A DNA stretch of 64,000 nucleotides from Trichosphaerium sp. ATCC 40318 (Eukaryota; Protista; Tubulinea), in contig JALMLS010000361.1 in assembly GCA_038496445.1 (NCBI GenBank), forward strand, positions 124,001 to 188,000, in the 5' to 3' direction. The position numbers were made by a program, and so were the translations under genes. Shown here one piece after another: positions 14,005-26,514 of this stretch. The notes beneath the pieces were generated by a model, which made no database searches, was not told the DNA's origin, and worked only from the letters and a program-made list of their open reading frames with translations. Position 1 is the stretch's first letter; each line of letters starts with the position of its first letter.

Positions 14005-14844
14005 GTCGGGATTTTCTTTGAGGTACGTTCTAAAGAAAAAGAAAAAGAAAAAAAAATAGAGAAATCCCACTAGCTAGTGAAACCTTCTTGCCTGTCATGA
14101 TGGTCCCTTTTGCGATCCACGTTTACTACTAACCTGCTGTTAACAACCATAACCATATTGCAGACAACCTCTTGGTACACCACGTAGTGCCTCTGACGCT
14201 TATTTAATATTTAGAGTGTGCACTCTACGAAAAAGCATCATATGGACTAATAATGGATTCTGCTTATGGACCGCGGCAGGTAGACGATAATAGCCACTGC
14301 CTCCAAAAAAAAAAAAGAAGTACTATTTTGGGACATGACAATATCAATATGTCTGTGTATCTATTCGACTTCCGGTAAGAGAGAATCGAGAACATCTGGT
14401 CTCGTTTCTCTCTACTCTTTTCTTTTTGACAAATCAAGCTTTTATTTTATATACTTCAAAAAAATAAAAGGGGAAGGAGCAAACCTCTTTCCCTGCTATA
14501 TATATTCGAACTCCACGTCGCGGTGCAAAAGCGAAATTACAAAAAAAAAAAAAAGAAAAATAGAAAAAAAAAGAAGCTATCCAGACGAAGCTTCGCTCTG
14601 TGCAAACTCGAGGTTTCAAGAAAGAATGTGACATAGTGTACAATAGAAATAAATAGCGTAGCTGCTCATTTTGTGGTAAAATTAAATGTTACTTTGCTTG
14701 ACTTTTTTGGGCGATATTTTTGATTCAGTATCCAAAAACTTGGAAACGCTTCAGCTGTATCTCTTTACATTCTCAGTTTTAACTGTACGCAATATATTAA
14801 TCGATTACGCGCTCCTAAGTGACTTTGAAGCAAATACACAGACG

Positions 14845-16140
14845 ATGAGTGAGATCCCAGAAGTACTTGCTCTACAAGGAGAGGATGTCCGTAAAATGCT
14901 TGCCTGCCAAGTGCACTTTGGTTCTAGAAACATACAACCACTTATGCAGCGCTACGTTTACAAACGTAAAGAGGATGATGGTAAGTTCTCTAAATTTTCT
15001 CCATACGCCCCATAACGCTCCTCAAGGCATCCACATTATCGATTTACGTAAAACCTGGCAGGTAATGGCGAATTAGACTCAAAAATACTCAAACTTCTCA
15101 CACTTATTACAGAAACTTTGCTTGGCTTCCCGTATCATCGTCCCAATCACATTGGAGACCCCTGCCGATATTGGTGTAGTGTCTATCGCTTCATCCAACC
15201 AAACGAGTTTCGCCAACCGCGCTATCCTTAAATTTTGCCAGTACACAGGCGCCACACCACTTGTTGGTATCTTCACACCTGGTACTTTGACCAATCCAAA
15301 TCAAAAGAACTACAAAGAATTGCGTCTTATTATCACCACCGACACTATTCGTGATCACCAAGCTATTCTTGAGGCTAGCTACGTCAACTGCCCAGTTATC
15401 TCTCTCGCTGATACCGACAACGACACCATGGGTGTAGACTGTGTTATTCCTTGCAATAACAAAGGTAAATTCGGTCTCGCTCTCATCTTCTGGATGCTCA
15501 CAAGAGAAATTTTGCGTATGCGCGGAGAAGTCCCAAGAGATTCTGACTGGTACGTACTCGTGAAGAAGGAAAACAAACAAAAAAAAACACTGCTTGTGAC
15601 AACTACGCGAATAGTCGTTTTGGAAACTTTTTTGTTTTGTGGAATTGAAAGCGTTTATTTTTTTCTCTTTTCTTCGTTGTATTGTGGTTTATGTGCTTAT
15701 CTTTTATTTAAAGGGATGTTATGGTTGATATGTTCCTCCACAAGGATGCTGAAGAGTTGGAGAAACAAGAACAAGATCAAGCTGCTCAAGCCGGTTATGA
15801 TGGATTTGAAGGTGGCATGTACGAAGGCGGTTATGATGAGCAAGCCGCTGGTGGAGACTGGACTCCAGAAAACGACAACGACCAAGCCGATTTTACTGCT
15901 GAAGGTACGTTGCAAAGAGAGTTTTCGAACACAAGCGACGAAAATTCTATAGACGACGCAATTGTTTTTTTTGCTTTTTTTGTTTTTTCTGTTACTAAGT
16001 TTCTTGAAGGTGCTGGCGAACAAGAAGGTTGGGATGGTGCCGCTGAAGAAGGCTGGCAAGGTGCTGAAGGTGGTGATGCTGCCGCTGAAGAAGACCAAAG
16101 TTGGATGCAAAATGACCAACCAGCTGACTGGAACCAGTAA
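14845..16140 (+). CDS. RPSA: 40S ribosomal protein uS2/SA (divergent)
   Basis: MLACQVHFG, GIHIIDLRKTW, RAILKF, FTPGTLTN, DHQAILEASYVNCPVISLADTD, IPCNNKG and an acidic tail with DW-type motifs. Confidence 0.95.
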
Positions 16141-16349
16141 AAAAAAAAATAAACAAGTACAAATATTCCTAAACCAAGTACTTGTACCAGTTTTTGTACC
16201 ATCAAAGAAGATTCTCCTGTTTATTTGTAATGTTCTCAATCGTTTTTTCTGAACTTGGTTTGTGATATTACCTCCGAACTTCACCTCGTTGGTCATTTAA
16301 ATTGGTAAAGGATCAGAGCCAAGGTTTTCCAAGGCCAACTTTAATGTCT

Positions 16350-17914
16350 TATTTTTTGGAGTAAAGAAAAGCGATAAGGAAACCTCGAAAATTGAAGCGG
16401 ATTTCGCTCAGTTGTATCGTAATTCGTGTCGAAAGACAATGTGGTATAAAGTTCAATTTATAATAAAGTTTGAAGTTGTCTCTGGGAGATTGATTATTAA
16501 TGAATAATGAAAATAAACCCACGAGGATTTCTTTTGGCCGAAAAACTTGAAACAACTACTTAACGACCTGGCTCTAAACGATGTGGCAGCATTCATTGCC
16601 ATAGTTAATAGCTTGGAGAGCTTAAGCACTTCCAATAAAACCATTGCTAACGCATTGACTGATATACCCAAATCAATCAATCTTGTATTTAATTCACGTG
16701 AGATTGTATTATTATTTGGATATATTAAGGATATTGATAATGGATTTACATTATTCGTACGCCTTTGCTCTTTTTTTTATGTAGAAGGATTTTGCCGTTG
16801 GTGCTTGCACTCTTGTTGTAGAACATTTGCTGGGTATTCTTGCAAGAGAGCTCCAATTAAAAGCGAAAGAAGAGGGTCTAGGCATTTTTAAAACAAAACC
16901 AGTCGACTATAATTAGTTTGCTGCCTAGTTATGATAGTACGCTGATTGATTTGTTGGTTGTTTTTTTCTTTACCTTTTTAGATATGTTTTCGTTAACGCC
17001 ATCTAAGAAGCGGAAATATGATAGATTAGCCGCTGACGAGTTACGTTCTAAAGAGCAGGGTGACAAAGAAGATAAGCAGGCTCAGATGACGTCTACTGCC
17101 ACACATTACACTCAGCCTCGTAAAAAGAGTATAAGATGCTCCGAGAACTCACATTCAAAGAAGATAAACGACAGGTAAGTGTTGGTTCCCAAAAAAGAAG
17201 TCAATCTAAAATACGTTCGTTAAGGTCAACACCAGAAGAAAAGTGTGTCAATGACAAGTGATACAGCAAGTGATACAAGTGAAAGTGGAGATGAATATGT
17301 TGATAAGAACACCTTTTTTGCCTTTGTTGAATCAACAACAAATTTGCTGAGCTAATACCATAAAACAGCTTACTAAAAAAAATCGTGCCAAATGTCAGAA
17401 GTAATGTCAGAAATGAGGATAGCAATGACTCTAAGAAGCTCCTATTCACTAGGATTCGTTGGTATGCTCTATACAGGTTAACATCCACTTACAAACGTGT
17501 AGACTACTCGGCTTTGTTTAAGAATATCTGTAACGCAAATAAGTCTTTCAAGAAGTTTACTGCTTTTTGGCTAGTCAATGAAGCATTGAAGGATATAGAT
17601 GACAGTTATAAGGTATTTCAGAAGATCTTATTGTGAAAGAAATCGAAGAAGAAAAAAGGAAATCGCTGAAACAAGTGAGGAAGATGATGAACAAAGCACA
17701 CATGAAAAAACCAAGAACAACGGTCATCAAAAACATTATAAACAGGCTAGATGAGTATGGCTATGATTGCTACTGGGCGGGCTCTAAAGGCACTTGGCGC
17801 ATCACTGGATACCGGGATCCTACATACGAACTTCATAGGAGTAACGTGGTTTGCGTTTTGGGAACGCACCCATGGCGTTGGATACTTGAGGCGCTTGATC
17901 AAAAAATGAAATAA
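16350..17914 (+). pseudogene. Patchwork of decayed or frameshifted coding fragments, ending in a FkbM-methyltransferase-like C-terminal fragment
   Basis: Short ORFs that do not splice into one frame (frame breaks near 16545 and 17610-17636). The last ORF has LDEYGYDCYWAG..WRITG...SNVVCV. Confidence 0.5.
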
Positions 17915-18066
17915 ATAAAGTTTTAATTTAAAATTATGTGTAAGCAGTGGTTAACTTATGCTGGTTTCACTGAAAAGGTAACATGTTTGTTAATGTTGTG
18001 TACTACGTGCCACCATACCATCGGTTTAAAACAGTCTATTATTATGGCCAAAAGTTTTTTTTTAAT

Positions 18067-20518
18067 TTACATATTTACATCCTCTCCTTTACCCTTATCG
18101 GTATGAAGTTTTGAGTGGTCATTTTGGCTCTTACCTTTGTTATTATGCTTATTACGTAATACACCTTTTTTAGAAAGAATTTGATGTGTTTTTACTCGCG
18201 TTGGATCAAGTTTTCTAGCCAGTTTCTTTACTTCTCGGGCTATTTCTTCAGGTGGTAAACAACTCCACTCCAACACCTTACCGATTAAAAATTGTTTTGT
18301 TATAGTAGTGTCTGTAGTGGCTAATTGACTCTTAATATTAGCTTCTTCTGTTGGTCCTTCTTCTTCCTCAACTACGCAAAGAATTTTTTGGTCAGTCTAC
18401 AACAAAGACAGAACAGTATTTCTAATACCTCTAAGGTGATTAACTTCATCAGGAACAAGGGTTAGCTTCTTTTTTGTTGAGTTAAGTAGCTGCATCCAAG
18501 CAAACTTATCAGCTGAACTAAATAGATACTCTGTATTGCGTAAATCGCCACGTATGAATATAATCTTGAACATCTTCTCGTCTACAAAAAAAAACGATAA
18601 GCTTTTCGAAAAATGGAGTTTAAACCTCTAAAACGTACCGTTTGAAACGTCTTCTATCTTGAGTTGATCTAACGTACAATGAAAATGAACGTCTAGTTTT
18701 TTATAACGCTTTTTGCCTAAAAACGTTTAGTTGTCTTAAACTGGTGTTATGGCTTTGAACATAGGCTTAGAGCTCATTGGGGTACCTTTTGTTACCAATA
18801 AAGAGTCATTAAACAAGAACATGTGCCTATCTTTTTGAGACTTTGGCCCTGTAGGAACAACGCTGTTAGATTGATGGATGTGATCTATGTTATAATACCT
18901 ATAACCCAATATACGTTATCGTCATGTATGTATTTCCTAAAAGGTGCAGCGAGCTCAAAATCATTCTAAAAGAAAAATTAACTGAAAGGGGAAACTTTTC
19001 TATGGCTTTTTTTTTTATTTGAAGAAACGCGGTTTACACGTACCAGTTGGCTTTGTATCTGAAATACCATATCCATATTCCTTCTTTTCTTGGCTACACG
19101 ATCTGCGAGTTTATCTATAGAACGCAAAAGCCTCAAGGCGGTACATAAATCCTTAAACAAGTGTCAAAAAAAAAAACAAAAAGAAAAGATTTTCGGTTTT
19201 CTTTCTCTTGGTTATTACCTGATAATCAGAGTGGTTCTGTGGCGTACAGCTTATAATCTCCTTTCATTTAAAGTCAGTACCAGAAAGAAAAAATCACGTG
19301 ATAACTGTACCTTTAACAAAGAATCATACATTATCATACGACCTATAGGGAGGTACAATAAGGTTAAAAGATTATTTGAACCTCCTTTAGAACCAGCCTA
19401 CTTTAACAGTAAGAAAAAAAAATTGATAAAGTTGATCGAGGCGTGCCATTACAAAACCTAAAAGACGTGGTTAACAGAAAATAGATTTAATGTAATATAT
19501 AGAGCTTTTTACATTTAAAGGTGCTTCACAAACACAAAATGATTAAAAGAAAAAAAAGATTGTAACAAATCGTTGAAATAAGGCAAAAAAAATTACGAAA
19601 AAAAAATAAAAGGTTAACGTACTTTCGAATGGTTTACTTTGCGCCACTAGCACTTTATATGTGGCTTGAGTTGTTTGGTAGTTGCCACTATATTCTGAAT
19701 ACAACTGACGAAGGATACCAAGCTTTAAAAAAAAGAGTGAGATGTCAACGTTTTTGGCTTTTGATCAAAACCGCAAAATTGGTTTAAAAACGGTTTACTG
19801 CTGTGCTGCTCATCTATAAACGATGCGTACCATATCAACAAATACATCACCAAAACAAGCATCCTCTGCCTCATCTTGTAACCTTGCTTTTAGAAAATTT
19901 AAAAATTGCATGTGCCAGTTCATAATCAGCTCCAAGTTACAAAATAAGCTTCTATATTGCTGTCTGGTTACTATCTGCGATTCTCTCAATGGCACCATGT
20001 ACTCTGCCACGACAGTTTTTAGTTCTTCAGCATGTTTTGATTCAGTCTCCCATAATGTACGCACTAACTGCGCTCGTCGATCTAAGAAAAGAAGAGTGTC
20101 AGCAAGCGCTCACTACAAAAAAAAACAATTGTGATAAAACAATAATTTGTCCAATTGGCAACTACCAAGCATTGGGGTGCCGAATACGTTAATACCGAAT
20201 AAAACAATTTGTTTTTTTTTTGTACGCACTCATTTTGTGCCTTGCTGTAATACGGCGATCTTCTTCTGATGTGGAAGAATCATCAACCACATCGCGCTTT
20301 TGCAATTTGCGACCAGAAGTAGGTTTCCTATTTGAACTGTGGTTGGCTGGATCCCTTCTGCTGCGAGGGCTCTTTACATCACTACGTTCGCTTTTGTCTG
20401 TGTGGTGCTTTCTTTTTGGCTTGTTGGATTGTGTAACAGCAGAAGAACGTTTCTTTGATGCGTCGTTATCTTTATCTCTACCATTAGTGCGCTCCGATGG
20501 GCTAGGCGGTTTTTCCAT
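18067..20518 (-). CDS. Rho guanine nucleotide exchange factor (DH-PH)
   Basis: RTLWETESKHAEELK, LFCNLELIMNWHMQFL, LLFEPPLVPPI-region DH helices, PH segment RHMFLFNDSLLVT and DKFAWMQLL. Confidence 0.88.
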
Positions 20519-20737
20519 TGTCGCCTCACCAATAAAGCTGTTGACAGTTTACAAGTTATACTTTCATGCTATCTAATGTGCCCTAAGAGGCTAACCATTA
20601 AAAACTTAACAGCAACCAGCAATTCAGACAAACAAAAAAAAAAACGAAAAAAATTGACGCCTTCCTTTACGCATAACTTGTAATTTTGGTAACCTCTCGA
20701 ACGTGTGTCTTGAAAACAAACCAATACAAGTACAAAT

Positions 20738-23421
20738 ATGAGTTCCGACGTTGAAGACTTTATGAGCGAAGAAGGGCTGCCTGACGACGAAGAAATGGAT
20801 GATTTCGACCCAGATGATGACGCTTATGATGACTACGACTTCGGGGGCTCTGATGACGAGTAAGTTTTTTTTATTTTTTTTGAATTACCCTATTTTGCCT
20901 CCTTATCATTAATTACGCGCAGGTACGGTGATTACGGTGAGTTTGGATTCGACGAGGAGGTTCCAAGGGAGAAAGAAAAAAATTACACAGTTCTAAAGCC
21001 TGAGGACATTGTCAAGCAACAAATTGGTCAAATAAATCAAATCGCTGAATTATTCGAAGTACGTTTAAAACTTTTGTTATTGCGCTACCCGCATCCGCAC
21101 GAAAACAAAGGCGGGCTTATAACTCAAATGAGCTACATTGGCGTTAATATGCTAAGACCCTATTCATTAACTTAATTTTGTACAGATACCATCACCCTCC
21201 GCGAGGTTACTTCTAAACCATTTTGGCTGGAACACAGATAAACTTATTGAACGGTTTTATGACGGCGACGCTGAAAAGCTTTTTAAAGAAGTGCGTTCAC
21301 CCTTATTTTATTGCTTCCAACAGTAGCATTGTACTAACAATTAAAACACAGTCAGGCATTCAAGATCCGCGTGCTAGCGGGGAAACAAGTGACGCAAAAC
21401 AAAAGGTACATGTCTAGTAGCTTGTATAAAATACCTGTTTAGCGTTTTATAACGCTCAAACATTAAAATATTTACGACAAAAACTAGTATTTTCTTTTTA
21501 TTTATTTTGATTTTTTTGTAGAAGGGTGATGGCGAGGTTGAGTGCTCGATATGTCTCATGGATTCAAAACAATCTGAAATGCTCGCTTGTGCCGCCTGTA
21601 ATGTTGAATTCTGTCCTGACTGCTGGAAATTGCATATTACAACAAACATTAATGATGGTAAAGTGAAAGGTATGTTACGGCGAAATCAGTGGAGGTGGTT
21701 TTTCGAAAAACAGAAAAAAAATAATCAATGAATATTACGCACCTTCCGATATCGGTATATCGCATCTGCTTATGCATTTCTTTAGTTATACGTTGTCCTG
21801 CTAAAGGGTGTATATCGCAAATCGATGCAGTCACAATTAACTCTTTACTGGGCGACGATGAAGGCTCAAAACAAAAATACGCAAAATTAGTAGCTGACGC
21901 TTATGTTATGGTAATTTTTTTTCTCTTTTTTTGGTTTTGTTGACGGTATGTAGGACAACCCCAATGTAAGATATTGTCCTTCTCCTGGTTGTGATAGAGC
22001 TATTAAAGTTGAATTACTAAAGGATAAGCACGTTGTGTGTGATTGTAGCTGTAAATTCTGGTAAGAAACCAAACAAGTGGTTTTTTTTTTGTCACAGTCT
22101 TACAATTCTTTTAGTTTTGGTTGTGGTAAGTTACCACATGCACCAGCTGAATGTGGGATGGCTAGAAAATGGGAACAAAAAATTGCTAAAGAGGTACAAG
22201 AGCTTAAAAACGATTCGTTTCTTTTTCTGTTTTTTTTGACACAATTAAAAGGGAGAAGATGCACAATGGCTTGCTGCGTTTACAAAGGAGTGCCCAAAAT
22301 GTGCTACATTAAGTATGTCGTATTGCTTTTTGTTCGATCTTTTATCTAATGGTTGCTATTAGTTCATAAAGATGGTGGCTGTCAATACATGGCCTGTCCA
22401 AAATGCAGTCACAAATTTTGTTGGATTGTACGTTCTTTAGCACTAGCAAAGCTTTTTTTTTTATGTTTGTATTGACTAGCTGGTAGTGCTTGGGTAATTT
22501 TGATCATAAGAACCATCAGTGTAATAAGTTTACGGAAACTTCTGGAGATGATAAAAGAAAGGATTTACATAAATTTATGCATTTTCTTACGAGGTATCAA
22601 ACACATGAGCAATCAGCCAAACTTGAAGATAAATTGATGGAAATTGCTGAACGCATTATGCATGAACTAGCTGAAAAGGGTATGAGTTGGATAGATGTCC
22701 AATTTATCAAGACGGCGACAGAACAACTCACAGAGGTAATATCATAGTGAAGACATCTTTGGTTCGTTATTGACACTTTTTATCTGAATAGGCTCGTGAC
22801 GTTCTCAAGTGGACTTATGTTTATGGATACTTCTTACCAGATCAAGTAAATAGAGAACTATTTGAGTATTTACAAGGTGAACTAGAGGAAGGCACAGAGG
22901 TATGTTGTTGATGAAGTTGAATTTTTGTGGATGGGTTTTTTTTTCCTATTGCGCCTTTTTCTTACTGTTCGTCGTTTAGAAATTAAGTGAACTTCTGGAA
23001 GCCAAAGGTGAAAAAGATCGTATGAATATTATCAACCAGAACGAGTTTGTAAAACAACGATTACAGAATTTGCTTGAAGGTCTTGCTGAAGGTAAAATAG
23101 AAGTGGCTTTACATTTATTTTTTTTTTGATTGCGATAAGTTAAATTGAGTCTTCTTCTTGTAAAAATTTTGGTAATTACATCTCTATTGTTTTCAAGTAT
23201 TTCTATACTTGGTATGTTTTACTGGACGAAATCCATCAATATATGATGGATATACAAGATGTTACATCCGAAAACTTTTTCGTTTTTCTAATCACATGTA
23301 TTGACTTTTTTTCTTAATTACAGGTGATATTACGGGTGGTGATAATACTGTTAAAGAAAAAACTTACAAGACTGAAGGATTTGAAAAGTACAACGGGTGG
23401 ATATACAACGCTGGAAGCTAG
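20738..23421 (+). CDS. ARIH1: Ariadne-family RBR E3 ubiquitin ligase
   Basis: Acidic N-terminus, [16 protein letters not shown]1, IBR (YCPSPGC, HAPAEC), RING2 (ECPKC..KDGGC..CWICLG) and Ariadne domain ([24 protein letters not shown]). Confidence 0.93.
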
Positions 23422-23862
23422 ATAGAGATATAACACCTCCTCCCTACACTGAAAAGAAAAAAAGGGAATCCTTGAATAATAATTATTGTGTTGTCACTGT
23501 GTCGAAGATGATGATGATATTCAAATTACATTTTCTTCCTTTTACAAAAAAAAGCGCTGTTGTTAACCATGTAAATACAACTACTATCTACGTCTTAATT
23601 GATCCTGAGTTTCTTATCTGTTTAACCTGGTTTTACTTGTGTTAATTCGCAGTCACTTTTCGAAAGCCCGTAAATTAGTAATTCTTGAGCAACAAAACAA
23701 GTGATGCTCATTCACGACTTTCACTTTGTGACATGACAAACGCAAGATCTGGCAATGTGCTCGCTGCTGCAGGAGAGTAAAGCTCAATCGTACTGTTGGT
23801 GCAATGACAAAGGTAGGTTGTACTTGACAACAACAAATGAAAGGAGAAAGTTGCTATTTTAT

Positions 23863-24345
23863 TTAATCTCTACCACATTTTGATGCAGGGAAGGTAGTAA
23901 TCATTTTGAACATAGTTCCAGGTTCTTGGACGAATCCTATTGAGCCACATTGGCCTAGACAGCATGGATACGGAGAAGTAGTGAACTGAAGATTGCTGTT
24001 GTCACCAAAAACTTTGTTGTCTGATTGGATTGCAAACTTCTTTTGTGGTTGCCCTTGTATCTGGTAAATCAATTTTGTTTGGAAATTACACAAGTATTCT
24101 CCTTCAGGTATCGTTATGTTTCCTATTATCCAATCTGTCCGTCTATCGACAATACGGTCAGGTTTCTTTTGAAGTGTAATACCTTCACACGAAGATGCCA
24201 AACTGATGATATTACTGGCGTCAACAAGCTCCAGTAACTTTCCGTTCAAGTCGATAGTGTTCAAGTTGAAAGTGATATTCACTGGTGCTGATATAGCTAG
24301 AGTCAACGAAACCATGGAAAGTAGTAATAGAAGAGCTGTTGTCAT
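23863..24345 (-). CDS. Intronless secreted protein of unknown function
   Basis: Single ORF with signal peptide MTTALLLLLSMVSLTLA, six Cys and NIT sequons. Confidence 0.7.
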   Translation of the reverse strand: MTTALLLLLSMVSLTLAISAPVNITFNLNTIDLNGKLLELVDASNIISLASSCEGITLQKKPDRIVDRRTDWIIGNITIPEGEYLCNFQTKLIYQIQGQPQKKFAIQSDNKVFGDNSNLQFTTSPYPCCLGQCGSIGFVQEPGTMFKMITTFPASKCGRD

Positions 24346-24736
24346 AGTGGGAAAGTACAATGAAAGTGAGGTTCAAAGAGAAAAATCTCGCTGCAGAAAA
24401 CTAACAACTTTTCAAAAGTTCGGAAATGCCTTAAAAATAAGAAAGACGCTCATAGTGATGCTAAAACAATATAAGTCAGCGCAAAGACATCAATGGACAT
24501 GTTTACGTTTGGTAAGAAGCGACTTAAGCGACTTTTCTCATATTTATACTAAATTCACGCAGAGCCTCGATCACAATACTGCAACCTTGCAACAATATAT
24601 TACGAAAGTCATGCGGTCGAAAATGTCACGCTCGAGTTTCCCCGCTGAACACTAATTTAACGAAATTACACTAAAGTTCACATTCCCTGATTTGGATGTT
24701 CCCTCTCTTGATCGAGATACGTGTAACACATGTACC

Positions 24737-25070
24737 CTATTGCATAGTATTGTATACACTGCATCTAGAGAGAAATTTTAAGCTGAATAATGGAACTACA
24801 ACTAAAACAATAAATAATGAACCAGTCGGATCAGCTCCCTTGGCAATACTACATACTACATAAACTGCTTGTGCAACTAATAGGTTTAATGAACGTGACA
24901 ACTCAATATTTGTCCATTCACCCACGTACCTAAACTACTGCCTCTAATGTACCTCAACGGCTACGCATTAAAAGACTCACACAAAAGAGGACAGGTAAAC
25001 TTAAAAGTCGACATTGAGGCCATAGACAGTGATTCAAGTTAATAGACTTACGTGCCAGTGCAGATGACAT
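24737..25070 (-). CDS. Possible small hydrophobic protein (3 exons, ~76 aa)
   Basis: ATG at 25070; GTAAGT and GTGAGT donors can be spliced into the 24737-24925 ORF. No recognisable homology. Confidence 0.3.
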
Positions 25071-25185
25071 GCTAGCGTGAAGTACACTCAAGACTTCAGG
25101 ATAAGTTTTAACATGCAAGAAAGCAAATTACTTTCGAAAAAAGTTTATTGTCTACGTTAAAACAGCAATTGATGACACCTTCTAC

Positions 25186-26242
25186 TTAAAACTTTTCCAT
25201 GTACGGTCTCAAGTCAACTTCATGAGACCAAGTAGATTTATCCTGGGCGTGTATATTCCAGTACTCAGAGGCAATTGCTTCAGGAGAAAGAAACTTAGCA
25301 CCTCCATCATTCTCCTTATCAACTAGCCCATCAATAATAACATGTGCAACATGAACGCCTTGAGGTCCGAATTCTCTAGCAGCGGACTACACCAACAGTT
25401 AGTTTAATAAATCCTCAACCGATCACAGTATTCTATACGTCTTCATACCTGTGCTAGTGCTCTCAAAGCAAATTTTGGTATTGCCAATGCTGAGAACTTA
25501 GCTCCAGCTCTAAGTAATTAGGCAAGTCAGTTGATATTGTAAGGATGAGGCATGGGGACTTACCGTAGAGATGCAGTTGCTCCAGTGAAGATTATGGTCC
25601 CTTGTTTCTCTTCGAGCATTTTAGGTAGTACCTCTTGGGCGCACGTGATGCCACCAAGGCACATTACTATGAGAAGTATAAGGTATTGCAGGTAAAGAAA
25701 ACTCCAAAGTTTCGTACCATCCAAGCCGTAGGAAACGTCTTTTCTCGAAATCTTTAGCAAAGAACCCATTTTAAAATACTGCGTATTGTACACGAGTACA
25801 GTAGGATCACCTTGACAGACGTTATATTACATGACAGAAAAGTTGGTAAACGGAGAAATAGATATGTACCAAGTGTTTTGCGAATGTTATCAAATGCGCC
25901 TTTCAGAGCATCCTCATCAACTGCATCAGCTGGAAAGCTTAAATTAAACTTAGTTTTCGTTAACGATAAAGAACAAACCTGCTTGCTTCGCCTCCTTTGT
26001 GTTTTATTTGATCCTATACAGCGTTATTAGCACGAATAACCATATTTCGTTACATACTTCGACGACTTTCATTTTCTCAGAGCTTCTGCTCACAAGACCG
26101 ACTTTGTATCCTTCACGAGCGAACTTACGCGCTACTTCTCCACCTAAGCGGGTTTTATTTTGCTTTCTAGAAAGGAAGTCACTTTAATCACTGTACCTAT
26201 ACCAGGACCTACGCCAACTACTACTGCTACCTTGTTCAACAT
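25186..26242 (-). CDS. Short-chain dehydrogenase/reductase (atypical type lacking the catalytic Tyr)
   Basis: VVVGVGPGIG, GTIIFTGATASLR, KFALRALAQSAAREFGPQGVHVAHVIIDG and C-terminal WSHEVDLRPYMEKF. Confidence 0.92.
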
Positions 26243-26514
26243 GTTGTACGAGTTTTGATTTGGTTTTCTTGTACGCTGGACTTTGATAGTCAAAATCTGC
26301 CCACTAGTTTGCCCGGTTCTATTAGTCCGGCAAGTTAGGAAAATCGGGCAAATAGGCGGGGTTGCTTTCTATCAGTTTCTGGATTCTACCTCGATTCACA
26401 AGTACTAGTATTTGCAGGTTTTATAGTGCCCCACGTTTAAGTTAGATCACATGACTAACCGCACTGAAAATCTTATCAGACAACAATTTTTTTTTTCGTT
26501 TTATTTACCCTCTA

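Noticed and set aside
14144-14157. CAACCATAACCATA as a telomerase template
   Set aside because: It does not match a known telomere repeat and lies between a branch point and an acceptor.
14490-14530. tRNA suggested by a GTTCGAAT motif
   Set aside because: No cloverleaf, acceptor stem or A box.
23221-23270. 8-bp hairpin with GGACGAAA in the last ARIH1 intron, hammerhead-like
   Set aside because: The CUGANGA core and three-stem architecture are missing.
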